A program made the translations under genes and the position numbers. A stretch of 63,743 nt of DNA, counting the filler, from Octopus bimaculoides (lineage: Eukaryota): NCBI RefSeq assembly GCF_001194135.2. It is 6 parts of 6 records of this genome, joined end to end, with 100 filler letters (N's around TTAATTAATTAA, not from the genome) between each part and the next. Parts side by side here need not be neighbours in the genome. Positions count along the whole stretch, not along the records: positions 23,833 to 39,032 come from NC_068987.1; 5 more parts are not named here. One strand, written 5' to 3'. Under the pieces are notes generated by a model, which had not been told where the DNA came from, made no database searches, and saw only the letters and a program-made list of their open reading frames with translations. Each line of letters starts with the position of its first letter. Position 1 is the stretch's first letter. Of the stretch, positions 24,920 through 38,480 are shown piece by piece.

Positions 24920-26450
24920 ATGTGCAGATAAGCCCAATTTTGTTCTTTCTTGCTTTTAATTTAGTGTCATTATATTCCATTTCAACTTGCATTTCTATGT
25001 CTAAACCCACACTTTCTTCAAGTTAGATGTTAAATACGATTTAAATTAATTCTAGTAAAACTGCTGTCCTTGCCTTTTCATTATGATGGGCCAGTTCACT
25101 TCAATACTGTCCTCAAAAAGACACATCAAGCTGAGTAAAAGCATGGTTGCCCTTGCATGCAGGCTCGTCCCCAGTTTTCACAAAAAAGATATTGTAGCTG
25201 TTCAAAAGCATTATATTGAGTAAATGAAAAACCAGTTCTTTGTACCGTTTTACTCACTTTTGGAGGTAATCTGTCCAATTTACATGTCATATTTATGAAT
25301 AAGATTCATATTTATGCTGTAAACATTGACTACATCAGATTTATAAATATGTTGCTTAGTTTTGAAATCACTCTTCCCTGAATTTTCCATTGTGTCATTG
25401 TAAACATTGGTAAGCATGGCCACTGAATGCTTATCTTGCCATTTGAATGACCAATAAAGTGTCTTTTTTCAGCTTCCCAACTTAGTTTTTCAAATTTTTC
25501 AAATGTTCTTTCTATTCATTTGCATGGTCCCATGAGGCCCAGTTTTCTTGTCAAATAAGTAATCACACTATAGCAGTTGTCTCTGTTTATGTGCCCTTGA
25601 TTGTAATAATGAGTCATCGATGCATGAACTACTGTGCCAGTAAAACATTTGCTGAATAAAGTTGACTATCTCATGCAAGATCAAATTCACAATCACACAA
25701 AACAAAAATCTTTATCCCAAAATGATGGCACTTGTTTGGGATATACTACCTGAACACAATTCTTCTTTGAATAGAATGAGTGGCTCATCAATTACTAATT
25801 TTTGAAATGACTTCAAAAATTTTATAATTTTATTCTTCGTCATTTCTAAAATTCAATGTATTTTCCATAATTTATCACTTGAATAAGGTTCAGCATTATT
25901 TGCAAAATGCAAATACCTATGAACGTCTCAATAGTGATCATGAAACATATACTTAGAAAGACTTGGAGTACCTATCAAAACATTATTTTTCCAATAATCT
26001 GCCAAAAATTTTTTTTATGTGTGGCATAAGCATAATCAGAGAAAGTGTATATTTCATTTAACTCTGTATTTACCCATGTAAATACAGAGTTTGCTCTGTG
26101 AAGTTTTATTTTGTTGTTAAGTTTATTTTGATTATTTTCAATGTTCAAAGAAGAGACAAAGTCATCATAATTGCTTGTCTCTCACAAAATAAAACTTACT
26201 ATCTCATGGTCAGAAACTGCCTTAAAATTTTTCACTTGCCTTTGCATCAGGTGTGAGCATAAATTCATCTGAGATTTCCGCACTGTTGTTGTCAAATCAA
26301 TGTGCAAATGGAGAAAAATTGGTGTACTTATTTCATCCAGAGCTAGCTGAAGCATCACTTTTATCTGTGTTATCTAGAGTATCATCATCATCATCATCAT
26401 CTTCTGATGAAGGAAAGTGAGAAAAAAATTCTTTATTACTGTATAAATCT
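24920..26450 (-). pseudogene. Degenerate piggyBac transposase (PGBD4-like)
   Basis: Minus strand with stops and frameshifts: acidic N-terminus, DYWK, YLHFANNAEPYSSDKLWKI, FQKLVIDEPLILFK, SYNIFFVKTG, and a C-terminal KIGLIC Cys-rich remnant. Confidence 0.8.
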
Positions 26451-26742
26451 TTCATTTGCAACTTGATTTCCCCCATTGATAAGAGAGGCACATTAAATAA
26501 TGTACTAAATGACAGAAATGGTAAAATGTTGGGCTAAATACCTTGTGGTATTTAATTTTGTTTCCTTACTCTTAGGTTTCAAATCTTGCTGGGGTCAATA
26601 TTGCCTTTCATCCTTTTGGAGTCAATAAAATAGTATAAGACACTTGCCAAGGTGCCACACTGTGAGACTGAACCCCAGACCACATGGCTAGGAAGCAAGC
26701 TTCTTCACTACATAGCAATGTACATACATACACACATAGATA

Positions 26743-27994
26743 CACAAGGAGCATTCCACAAGTTTTGAGACTTTTTCGGAAGAGACCTTTATTAATTTCA
26801 AAGAACTAGAAAACTCTAATCTTCTTCAAAGTAGGATCCTCTGATTTGTAGCACTCCAACCACTTAATGAAGACCCCATGAAATTCCTCAAAAAGGAAAG
26901 TGTCCAAGGCCTTTGTCACAGCCTTTTCCATCTTCAGTTTGGGGAACAACCAAAAGTCATAGGAAGTAAGGTCTGAACTGTAGGGAGGGTGAGGGACAGT
27001 TTTGATGCCCATCTCTGTCAAATAGTTGGTTACCTGGATAAAATTGTGGATTGATGCATTGTCCTGGTGCAGGTGACTTGGCCTTTGGCAACAAAATCTC
27101 TTCCTGAATTCTCTCAAAACCCTCACAAAGTACTCCTTGTTGACTGTCTGGCCAGAGGGAACCCAGAGGATGTAAATGATGCCCTTGCTGTTGAAAAAGG
27201 GATCATAATGAGCTTCCTGGTGGACTTGTTTTGCCTGGCCTTCTTGATCCAGGATGCTTCCATTAGATGCTCTTTCTCTTGGTCTCTTGATCATAATAAT
27301 AAATCCAGCTTTTGTCACAGGCTACTAGAGACTCAAGTACTCTTCGATTGGAGGTAGTGAGCTCAACAGTCTCCCTGCAGTCATCGTGTCTTTCCTTCTG
27401 TTCATCACTGAGCTCTCTGGAAACAAACTTTGCACAAATTTTGCTCCTGCTCAGATCTTCATGAATAATTCAGTGTACAGTCACCACACCAACTCTAAAC
27501 TGCATGCTTACTGTCTTTATAGACACACGACAATCTTCATCCAGATATTCGCGAATTTTCTCAACCAGCTCTTATGTTTTATACCCCTCTCCCTCCCATA
27601 CTTCTTATTGTCTCTCACCTTCTCTCTACAGTCTTTGAACCTCTTTTTGCCAGCAAAAAACAGATGCTCGGCTCATACAAGTTAATCCATAAGCAGTCTT
27701 GAGCATTTAATAAGTTTCGGTAATATTTTTGCCCAGCTTAACACAAAACTTTATATTAAAGTGAGCTTCCAAATTGTCTTCACACCCTACTGCAAGCTAA
27801 TCAGCTGTGAGAAGTAGTGTTTAGTAGGATGTGTTCAAAGAGTTGTTACAGCCATCTCCTTCAGTCTTGAATAAAAAAGTTTACAGGTCAGGTTCTTAGA
27901 TGGATAGTAATGATATACAAAAATTACAATAATCTAGGACAGTTATAACCACCTCTCCTAAAAACATCTCAAAACATCTTGAATGCACCTCGCA
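26743..27994 (-). mobile_element. Near full-length degenerate mariner transposon (D,D34D type)
   Basis: ORF 26806-27318 contains WVPSGQTVNKEYF, HQDNA and PHPPYSSDLTSYDFWLFPKLK. Imperfect TIRs cacaaggagcattccacaagttttgaga / tgcgaggtgcattcaagatgttttgaga; TA at both ends. Confidence 0.9.
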
Positions 27995-29160
27995 TATATA
28001 AGTTAATTAAATAAATAAGAAAAGTGAAGTGAGAAAATATATGTTCCATTAGTTGATGGCTGTTTTATAATCCATATGAGGTGCACATATATGTGTGCTG
28101 GTGAATGAAAATGCATTTCTAGAGTTGCATGTAGAAGTAGCTAACAACATCTGTGAACGTTTAACAGATGAAGGACCAACATGGAAAACGCTTGCACATT
28201 GTGTTTTCTCTGTTGGTCCTTTAAAAAAAATCTAACAACAACAATTACACACTGGGGAAAAACATACTAGGATCTATGACATATTAACTGATACAGCAAT
28301 CTCTGGTTGACCCATCACAATTGGAAAACAATTGCACTATATTTGTGGTGACAAAATCTGTTTTCTATCTGCCATCAGCTAGTTGTGAATGAGAATGGAG
28401 ACATTGAGTGGTTGTTTCAACATTCTGGGATTACTGCCCAAAACCACCTTTATAGGCTCAATGAGAAAGTTCTAGAATGTTGAACCACATGACAGATTGA
28501 TGCTGATGTTGCTTAATCAGCCAGTCGCGTGAAACTACTTGATCATGATGTCCACTTGGCAACCTAGTACTTTGGTTTTGAATCCACTGTGTGTGTGTGA
28601 GTGTGTTCTTTCTCTTAGTTTAGTAGTCAACTTCTACTACCCCTAACCACATATGTAGAACAAATCTCATTAGTTGGTTTGTATTTTGTAATATATTGAC
28701 TGGGAAAGGTCTTGCAAAGAGATGTATTTCCTATTATATATATTACACGTTGATCTGAAACGTATGTATTAAATGCTTTCGAAATATCTTTATTTGGTTT
28801 TATTTCGTTTTTATATATATATGAGAGGTTGATGATATAATAATGTTCCAGAGTGTTGTAGATGATTGTTTCGGGTGATTGTACATCTAGTGACAGGAAC
28901 TGTGAATATTGGAGCTTTTTACAGCATTGAACGTTGCCCCTCATGTCCAAGTAATGGCTGAATTGTTGTTTATGGAGGACTATTTATAAAAATGAGTGTC
29001 CAAAAGTTTATACAGAATTGGGAGTGGAGAACAGTATATAAAACCAGGAGTAGAGATATTGAATAGTATTGGGAGTAGAGACAGTATGTAATGTCAGAAG
29101 TAGTGTATAGAATCAGGACTAGTAATCAAATGTTTTATTGAGTGCTAAAAAAATAAAAAA

Positions 29161-30853
29161 GGATCTAGTTGGTTTGGCTGCCTGCGTCGATTCTGTTCAA
29201 ATTGATTTCATATTCAGTGTAATGATACACATTTATAGGCTAATGAATGATGTGAAAATCATTTTCAATGTAGATCAATAAATAAAGAGTTATTAGCAAT
29301 TAAAGTTTGAAAATTTTTGGTAATTTTAGCCAATCATAAGCCACAGACACATTCATGCCTGTTTCCATAGTAACAAGAAGAACATGAGTACTCTTTTGTC
29401 TAGGAGAAAGCATGTGTTGACAAATACATTGAAACCACTTGTTTTACCTATCTGATGACAATTGAGGATATGAATTTATGTAGCACCAGAGATATGAAAA
29501 TTGTGATTTGTTCAAGAAATTGATTGAGTGCATTTTTAACTGTCGTTTTCAATGAACTGGTCAGCAAAATGTTTGATTTTTAAAATATTTAATTTGTAAT
29601 GTGCTATTTTGTTTTTAGATAAATCTTTTAAGTTCATGCTATCGCATTAAATGCATAATGAATGCTTCAAACTATGAAAGATGTGCTGTTTACTCTTTTT
29701 TTGTTAACCCGAAAGATGATACCAATACTCAACATGTGGATGGTACGTGGGCCTCTTTGAAGCGAGGTAATAAAAATCGCTGTGGCACTCACCATTCTAT
29801 GGTAGATTCATATCTGTGAACTTATGAGGTGCAGGAGATACGAAAATTGTGATTTGATTGAGAAATTGATTGAATGTATTTCTAAATTTCGTTTTTAATT
29901 TAAAAAATATTTTGTAATGTGTTGCTTATTGCATGCTTAAATGTTTGTTTTTTGAGCATATTTTGTTCATTCCTTTATTTTCATATCATCATCATCATCA
30001 TCGTTTAACGTCCGCTTTCCATGCTAGCATGGGTTGGACGATTTGACTGAGGACTGGTGAAACCGGATGGCAACACCAGGCTCCAATCTAAATTTGGCAG
30101 AGTTTCTACAGCTGGATGCCCTTCCTAACGCCAACCACTCAGAGTGTAGTAGGTGCTTTTACGTGTCACATAATAACAACACACATACATATATAACATA
30201 TAAACATGTACATCTTTTAGAACATTGCCATTTTATAAAATTTTGCTGGCAAATTTTTAAATTAACATAAACATTTATTTACATGGAAGAAAATTACCAG
30301 AGAACTTTCATCTAATTCTTCCGAATCTTTCTGTTAAAACTGTATTGAAACTATTTGTGGGGTAAAATTGTAATGTGTTTATCGCATGTAACATGTTGTT
30401 CATTGCATTTGCATTAAATGCATATTGAATGCTTAAAACTACTTGTTTACTCATTTCTTTTTGCCATTGAGGTGGTTGTGAGGTGTGCTAAAAATAACAG
30501 CTAAATAATGTTTTCTGGATAAATCTTCTAAGTTCGTGCTATCACATTAAATGCATATTGAAGGCTTCAAACTACAAAACATGTTGTTTACAAATATTGA
30601 CAACACATGCTATTTTCAGGATGTTGACAACAAAATGTGCAGTCACACACAAAATGACAGCTCCCAAATCCTGTTTCCTGACTGGGTGAAAATGATCAAA
30701 CTCTAAACCTCTATAACTTTTTAAAAACATTTTCCTGGAAAAATTGAAATACCTCTGGCAATTCAGCTTAGAAAAATTTGTTATTGTGCCAAATTAAAAA
30801 ATTTTCAATAAACTTCAATTTTTGAAATGCTGGTAGTCAAGCCAACTAGATCC
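29161..30853 (+). mobile_element. Merlin-type (IS1016/ISXO2-related) DNA transposon, internally rearranged, with an inserted SINE
   Basis: TIRs ggatctagttggtttggctgcc / ggatctagttggcttgactacc; flanks ataaaaaa / attaaaaa (8-bp TSD, 7/8). 29699-29898 encodes FVNPKDDTNTQHVDGTWASLKRGNKNRCGTHHSMVDSYL/CELMRCRRYENCDLIEKLIECI. Confidence 0.8.
29985..30175 (-). mobile_element. SINE family C inserted in the Merlin element
   Basis: (CAT)n tail plus the family C body, with the Merlin internal repeats on both sides. Confidence 0.85.
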
Positions 30854-31334
30854 ATTAAAAACAGTAAAACGTTCAAATAAGAAATTTATCATGTATTGAT
30901 TATTACTTTTTATTAGAAGCAGGGGCTTGTGTGTGAGAGAGGGAGAGGTGTTACTCATTACACTGTGAAGGGTTGCAATTGTAATGTAATACTTAAACAT
31001 ACAGATGGACAGACTGCTGTCTACTGTTCAATACCATATCAAACAAGATATTTGAGAAACCTATTTAGCTTATGTCAGATATAAACAAACATCACTCTAC
31101 TGTCATCTACTCACACCATTTTCTACCATAATTATCGTCATCATGAGCCAAAGAAGCAACCGTTATATGGCAGCTTAACCTTTTTGAAAAACGACACATT
31201 GGATAATGTACCCCTACACATTGAATAATGAACCCCTACATACACTATTTAAAGGGAAAAAAATCAATCTGGGATGGTCAAAGGTAGAATACCTATGATT
31301 ATAAGTTTGCTTGATACAGCTGACCTTTGGGTTC

Positions 31335-31590
31335 GTTTAACATCTGCTTTCCATGCTAGCATGGGTTGGACGATTTGACTGAGGACTGGTGAAACCAGAT
31401 GGCTACACGAGGCTCCAATCTGATTTGGCAGAGTTTCTACAGCTGGATGCCCTTCCTTACGCCAACCACTCCAAGAGTGTAGAGGGTGCTTTTATGTGCC
31501 ACCGGCACGAAGGCCAGTCAGGATGTACTGGCAACAGCCACGCTCGAAATGGTGTATTTTACGTGCCACCTGCACAGGAACCAGTCCAGG
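31335..31590 (-). mobile_element. SINE family C
   Basis: High identity to 29985-30175. Confidence 0.85.
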
Positions 31591-34377
31591 AACAACAATA
31601 ATAACAGTAATACTTTGTATGACAGTGATCACACTACCACTTACATTATCACCATAACACTGCCACTACTCTGACAATAACCACTATCACTAATACAATC
31701 ACAAAATAACCATGAACATCACCACTAACTAACACTGACACCACTGCTATCTCCAGGAATGCTAACAAAATAAAAGAGGAAGATACCCACAAATGTTATT
31801 TACAAGAAACTAGTATGAGTTGGTAGCTTATACCAATCTTCTACTAATTGTTTTAGGTACCTATGTAGTCATTAACAGGCATGGAGACCTTCTTGGCCCT
31901 CAAACTCTTCATGCAGCAGAACATCCACACAGAGGAAAAGTGGACTGCACCCATACTAGGCTGCTAGATATTTTCCAGCTGAGTGGGCTGGAGCAAACTG
32001 TCTTGCTCAAGGGCACAATGTGCCATCTAGTCAAGCTACAATTTTCTGATTGTTAGCCCAATACTAACCACATACACATACAGCACTACATTAACTGCTA
32101 CTATAACTAACAATTATTGTGATGGTATACCNNNNNNNNNNNNNNNNNNNNNNNNNNNNNNNNNNNNNNNNNNNNNGCACACACACATGTATTTATGTAT
32201 GCAAGTATAATCACTGCTGCTATCATCATTACCACTGCATAACATTACCATCAACACTAAAAGTCAAATTGAATACTTAAGTTGATTTCTCTAGCACCAG
32301 CACTTTCACAATAATCACTACCATCATAATACCACTGCTGGCGTCGTTGGAAATATTGCCATCCCAGTGACTACCAGCACAATCATAGTAACCACTGTCA
32401 CCTCACCACCACTATCTGTCCTTGGTGCTGTTTTTAACATTATTTGTCTAAGAATCGCAATCTGTTACACAATAGTTTGTAGTGGTGGTGGAGAGTGGGT
32501 TTGATTCAGTGGGAGACTGCTCTGTTCACTGCCCTATCTAGACATGTACCCTGCTTACTCTGAAATTTTTGTAACCTTGTCATAAGATCTGGCTATTATT
32601 TCCATGGAACGTCCCTGAAATGGTAGCTGACACTACTACCCAGCCAACGCTGCCCACTCCCTGTAACACCCATACCATTCCATAATCTCAGAACTTTTTC
32701 TTTTTTTGCCTCCCCCACCATTATCATTTTAGATTGGGTGTTTTTTTTTAATTATTTCTGCTGAAATATGACTTGTTAAGTAAGATTTTTCCTATGCTGG
32801 CAAAATAATATAATTTATATCATTACACTAATTATAATTATAATTATAGCTGTAATTACACTAATTGTAATTGTTTCTAACATAGGTTCAAGACCAGAAA
32901 TTTAGGAAGTGGGAGCTTAGATGATCATAGTAACCCCAGTGTATTTATTGATCATAGAAGGATGAAAGACAAAGTTGATCACAGCAGAATTTGAACTCAG
33001 AATGTAAAGAGCTGTAACTAAATACTAATAATTCTCTCGAGCCACTGCCCTACCAACAGTAAAAATCTTTATATAATTGATAATAGGCAATATAAATGTT
33101 TGTTGGTTCTTGATTGATTTCTCTATTCAGACTTTAGATTGTATAGAGAGAGAGAGGGAGAAAAAGCAAAAGAGAGAAACAGAAAGAGTTAACATAAGAG
33201 GTGCAGGATGAGTGCATATACTAGGCTAAGTGATAAGCAATGAGTAAAGGAGCACTGCACCCTCTCCACACACACGGAAAGAATCAGAGACAGAGTAGGA
33301 GGAGGATAGGAAGTAAATGAAATAGTAGTTATAGGAGGAGTTATACAAATGAGAAATTTGCTTTATTTAATTTTATTTTAAAGTAATCGGTGTTTTTCTT
33401 TTGAAAATTAGTTTTCATTTCATCATTTTCTATAAAGTACCAAGAAATTTCGTAAAAGAATAATTATTGAATGTATGTTATTTTTTTTTATACCCTTAAT
33501 AGCCATAGTATTAATTCCAAAGTTACCTGCCATATGATGGGTAACACTCTAGCATGGATAATAATAATAAAGATTTCTAGTGTAGGCAGAAAGTCAAAAA
33601 ATTTTGGGGAGGATTGCAAGTGATTCAATCAACAGCAGTTATTTTTATGAAGCATTGGAGAATAAAAGACAAAGTATGAAATTTGGAGAGGTCAATGCCT
33701 TTCCCCAAATTTCACAAAGATGATGATCTCTAACTTTGCCACAGGAACAAATTGTTGTGTTGTGACATGGTGACGATTGTTGATGGTTTAATGAACTCCA
33801 GTTCTTGAGTGGTATTTAATCTTATATTTTTGACATCACACCCCATTCAACTGTGAAGCACAAGTTGACTCTGGCAAGAACCAAAGTGTTGATTTTAATT
33901 TTAAGGTATTAATTTTTAATTTTATGTGCAATTAAATCAGCCTCAGTAACTGGCTGGTACTTATTTTATCAAACATCAAGACTCTGAAGGATGAAGTGCA
34001 AATTTGACCTCAGTTGGATTTGAGCTTCAAACATGAATTGTTACAATATATAATGTGAATAATAATTCCCACATATCTCCTTAATAATTATGATAATAAT
34101 TCTTTCTAATTTTGGTATAAGGCCAGTACTTGTGATGGGAGGGGGCAAGTTGATTTCATCAACCCCAGTACTATATTTTTACTTTATTTTATTGACCCCA
34201 GAAGAATGAAAGGCGAAGTTGACCTTGGCAGAATTTGAATTCAGAATGTAAAAATGCCATAAAGTATTTTATCTGATATTCTAACAATCTGTCAATCCAC
34301 TGCCTCCTCCTTCTTCTTGATGATTTCTTATACTTTTATTTTTGTTTTTTAATAACAATAACAATAATGATAATAAT

Positions 34378-35937
34378 ACTTAGGGTTATATGAAGGTGAT
34401 GGAATTAAACATTCAATGATGAAGGAAAAGATCAGAAAAGAATGTTATTGCAGAGTAAGGGTAATACTCAAGACAGCTAAACACAAGGAACAAAATCAAA
34501 GTGATTAATACTTTAGCCACACCAGTCATGACTTACAGTTTCAATATTATTAACTGGTCAATTATTGAAATTTGTAAGCTTGATTGAAAAATTCAAAAAT
34601 TGTTGACAATGAATAGAATACACCTCCCTAAGGCAGATGTAGAACAACTTTACTTGCCAAGAAAAGAGGATGGCTGTGAACTCTTACAACTTGAATTGAC
34701 ACTGAAGATTGCCACAATTAGCTTAAACACTTATCTGAAAAATTCTCATGACCGGATGCTAAAACTTGTCTTAAAGTATGAAAACAAGAAAACCACATAC
34801 AAAAAAATAGGCAAAGAAATATCTAAGTAAATTCCAAATACAGCAAGTACCAGAATTAGATGTAGTGGAAATGAGCACAGAAAAAACTAAATGTATGAAA
34901 GCCCTTGCTAAAACTGCTGCACGAGATATTCTCACTGATAAGTGGCAAGAAAAACCTCTCACTGGCAAATACCCAAAGAGAGCTAATAAAGCTGATGTTG
35001 TCAAAGCCCTTATCCATCAATGGTTAGTGTCTTCTGGATTAAAATCAGGAATAGAAGGGTTTATCATACAGCTCAGGATCAATGCCTTCCTACAAGAAGC
35101 TACCAGGCCAACATTTTAAAGAACAGCAGTATCCCAACATATCATGTATGTAAACAAGAAGCAGAAACTATCAATCATATTGTCTTCATGCGCAGCGTTC
35201 TCAGCAGGCATGATAGATGCTCACAATATATAAAAACTGGTGGGAGCACAAACCATCTCCAGTGCTTGAAAATGATCATATCTCACTCCTTTGGAACTTT
35301 ACTGTTGAAACTGATATAAAAATAGATGCAAATAGGTCAAACATTATACTGAAGTATTTCAGACAAAAATCATGCCCCCGTATCAATATGACTGTCTCAA
35401 TTAACATAAATTTACCTGTCAAGACCCACCAAAAATTGAGCAAATATAAAGATCTTGAAATAGAAATTGGCAAAATGTGGAACCTCAAGACTAGACCAAT
35501 ACCTGTTGTCATAGGAATGATAGCAAAAGGAGCTGATTGTTGCCTATCTCAGATACCAGGAAATCCCGAAATGGAAGAAATTCAAAAAATAGTGCTCCTG
35601 GGGACTGTTCATATCATATGAAAAATATTGTCTATGTGATTCCAAAAATATTTTAATCTGTAAATATTATCAAAAATACTTTTAAATGTTCATAATAGCA
35701 GGTACCTGTTACTGTCATTTTAAGATCACACTATCATTTTATCATCAAATTATTTTTAAAACAAATTTTTAATTTTCTTGTTTTGACAGACACTCTCTAG
35801 AACAATACTCTGTCAAAAAAAATAAAATAAATAAATATGGCACCTTCACCATAATACTGACTTGAACTTCTAACTTGAGGTCTCTGGGTGAGACTTGGAG
35901 TCAACTTGTACAAATACAAAGCAAAAACCAAGCATAC
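34378..35937 (+). mobile_element. 5'-truncated R4/Dong-clade non-LTR retrotransposon relic with a restriction-like endonuclease
   Basis: YLGLYEGDGIKHSMMKEKIRKEC; HLPKADVEQLYLPRKEDG; AQDQCLPTRSYQANIL; decayed CCHC knuckle (YHVC...ETINHI); ILWNF..ETD...DANRSNII..., KLSKYKDLEIEIGKMW, IQKIVLLGTVHII. (AAT)n on both flanks. Confidence 0.85.
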
Positions 35938-36779
35938 AATAATAATAATAATAATAATCCTTTCTAACGACATTTGGGGGGAACAAAGAATTAGTTGATT
36001 GCCCTCTCTGTTTTCTATGTAACCCTCACTTTGCATAACCCGTTTTTGTAATGTCCCCTTATTTCAATACCTCTGCAAGAAAGTATTTATTTCAGTTCTT
36101 TAAATTCTGAGTTCAAATCTTACACTATCGGTAGAACATCAGACAAAATGCCGATTGGTTTTTAATTACATCCTTTTATGTTTAGATCTCATGAAGGTCA
36201 TGCTTTTCATCCTTTCCTGATCAATAAAACAGATACAAGTTTAATTCTAGAAGCAAAGAAATTAGCCATAATACCCTCAACTCCTAAATTTTTGACTTTG
36301 TACTCATCTTAGAAATCATTATTGTTATTATTAATATTATCAAGGTATTGAATGGTGCCTGACTTAATACTTTGCTACCTTTACATTTCCTGTTCAAATC
36401 TAACTGGAGTTGACTTTGTTATTCATCCTTTCAGGGTCAATAACTTTATCCTTTTCTCTCACCAGCCAAAGAGTCATGAAGGGGGTCTTGGGTGTTGCCT
36501 TTCGTCCACTGATTAATCAATATGAAGTAATAAAAATAAAATCCAATAAAAATAAAAACCAACTGCAACTGGCCTGGCACTCTGTCGGTTACAATGATGA
36601 GTATCCCAGTAGATTCAGTCAATGGAATTGCGTGCTCATGAAATTAATATATAAATGGTTGAATACTTCACAGACATGCATACCGTTAACAGTTCTCAGG
36701 GAGATTCAGCATGACACTTCTGCAGTTAGGGTAACCACAAATTGTGGCCTTTAACTCACGTAAAAAATCCTGACCTTGA

Positions 36780-37055
36780 AGTAGCAGAGATTACAGTAGT
36801 CATGTAGTCATGAGAAGACATAGACACCCTGTCACCCACATCGCACAACCTTGACCCAGCAAAACATCCAACATGTGACAGCTGCTGTCATGTGTAGAGA
36901 AGATGGTACCATTTACAGCTGAATAAGCTGGAGTAATATGAAATGAAGTGTCTTGTTGAAGGATACAACACACCACTCACTCCATAAACTGAACTTACAA
37001 TCAAATGATCATGATCTGAACACCCTAACAACTAGATCACATGCTTTTATGGTAG
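36780..37055 (-). mobile_element. Old tRNA/CORE-type SINE
   Basis: gctggagtaatatgaaatgaagtgtcttgttgaaggatacaac...accctaacaactagatcacatgc, related to 54885-55125 in reverse. Confidence 0.6.
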
Positions 37056-37791
37056 AAAGAGTAGAAGATAAAACTGGATACTTAACAATATTTGTGTCCC
37101 TCCCTCTACATTCTGTGTTAAAATCCCACTTAGTGCAATATTTGTAGTGTGGCTGATTTGAATTGACTGCAACCCTTTTATGTAATTTTATAGCTTGGTG
37201 CTACTTGTAATGTTTTCAAGGCCAAGGTCTATTGAAATCTACTCATAAGTTTTGAATATCAATTCACATTTTCCTTCTGTCTTCTAATTCTTTACTCTAT
37301 TTAGGTCACTATTTGGTACTCTACCCTTCTGTGTGTTTGTGTGTATGTGTCTGCACTCATATCTTAGTAGCTGTATGTCCCAGTATGTATGTGTGTGTAT
37401 ATGTGTTTTCCTCTCCCCTATGCTTGTACATATACATATATGTATATGCATGCACACAAATATACATTCATGTAAGCTGGTTGATTGACAGTCATTTGGG
37501 CATCATATGGAATGTATTGCAGAATTCATTCCATTTCTCTACATTCACTTCTTGAGTTTATATCTTACTGAGGTTGCCTTTCATCCTTCTTGGGTGGATA
37601 AATAAAGAATAAGATCAGTGATGGCACAGCCATCTCTCCTTCCAGTTGCTACATACTGGATTTCTGCTAGGTCAACAGAATAACTGTCTGCTTGCAACTA
37701 CATGGGTACCTAGATCAACAGAAATATGGCACTGGCTATGAAATAGTCTTTCATTTGCATATGGTGTGTAAAAGTTTGATGTATATGCATA

Positions 37792-37836
<45 letters not shown>

Positions 37837-37837
37837 T

Positions 37838-37876
<39 letters not shown>

Positions 37877-37920
37877 TCATCATCATCGTTTAAAATCCGC
37901 CTTCCATGCTAGCATGGGTG

Positions 37921-38480
37921 AGGGTACTACAAGTAGCACCAGCACGCTAAAAATAGCAGTCAGAAAACGACTACAACCACAAATTTTCACTGATACACAT
38001 TAATTGAAATTGGGGGAATGGGCAGAAATTCTAAGTGCCTGTACCAATAACAAAAAGAATTATAAAATGATAAGCCAGACAATCCAGTATCGTTACTATT
38101 TCAAACTTTGTGAAAATGTCAGTTATCCTCAGCGAGTCTTACTTACCCAAGGGTCACAGAAACTGCTCATTTCAACAATGTGTACAATGACCATTTTTAA
38201 TGCCGCAGCAAATTTCAAAAGGTGATCAAAGTGAATAATAAATTATAAAAATATATATAAGGATATTATTGTTTACAAAAATATCAAGTGGTTTAGCATG
38301 TGTGAAAAAACAATAAAGGTAATACCATAAGGTAAAAAATATTAATTAATAATTAAGGGTGCTACAAGTAGCACCAGTGCGCTAAAAATAGCAGTCAGAA
38401 GACAACTACAACCACAGATCTTCACTGATACACATTAAATGATCACAGATTCAGAGCTCCTGTACCAATAAAGAAAAAAA
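37921..38480. repeat. Pair of about 130-bp direct repeats about 290 bp apart (possible Penelope-like pseudo-LTR relic)
   Basis: agggt(a/g)ctacaagtagcaccag...cactgatacacattaa...cctgtaccaataa at 37921 and 38357. Confidence 0.7.

Noticed and set aside
25030-25180. Minus-strand terminal-exon-like frame YNIFFVKTGDEPACKGNHAFTQL
   Set aside because: Part of the piggyBac transposase relic.
28379-28392. Candidate terminal exon (ASCE-stop) for the homeobox gene
   Set aside because: Only four codons, beyond a scaffold join, and several equally plausible acceptors exist.
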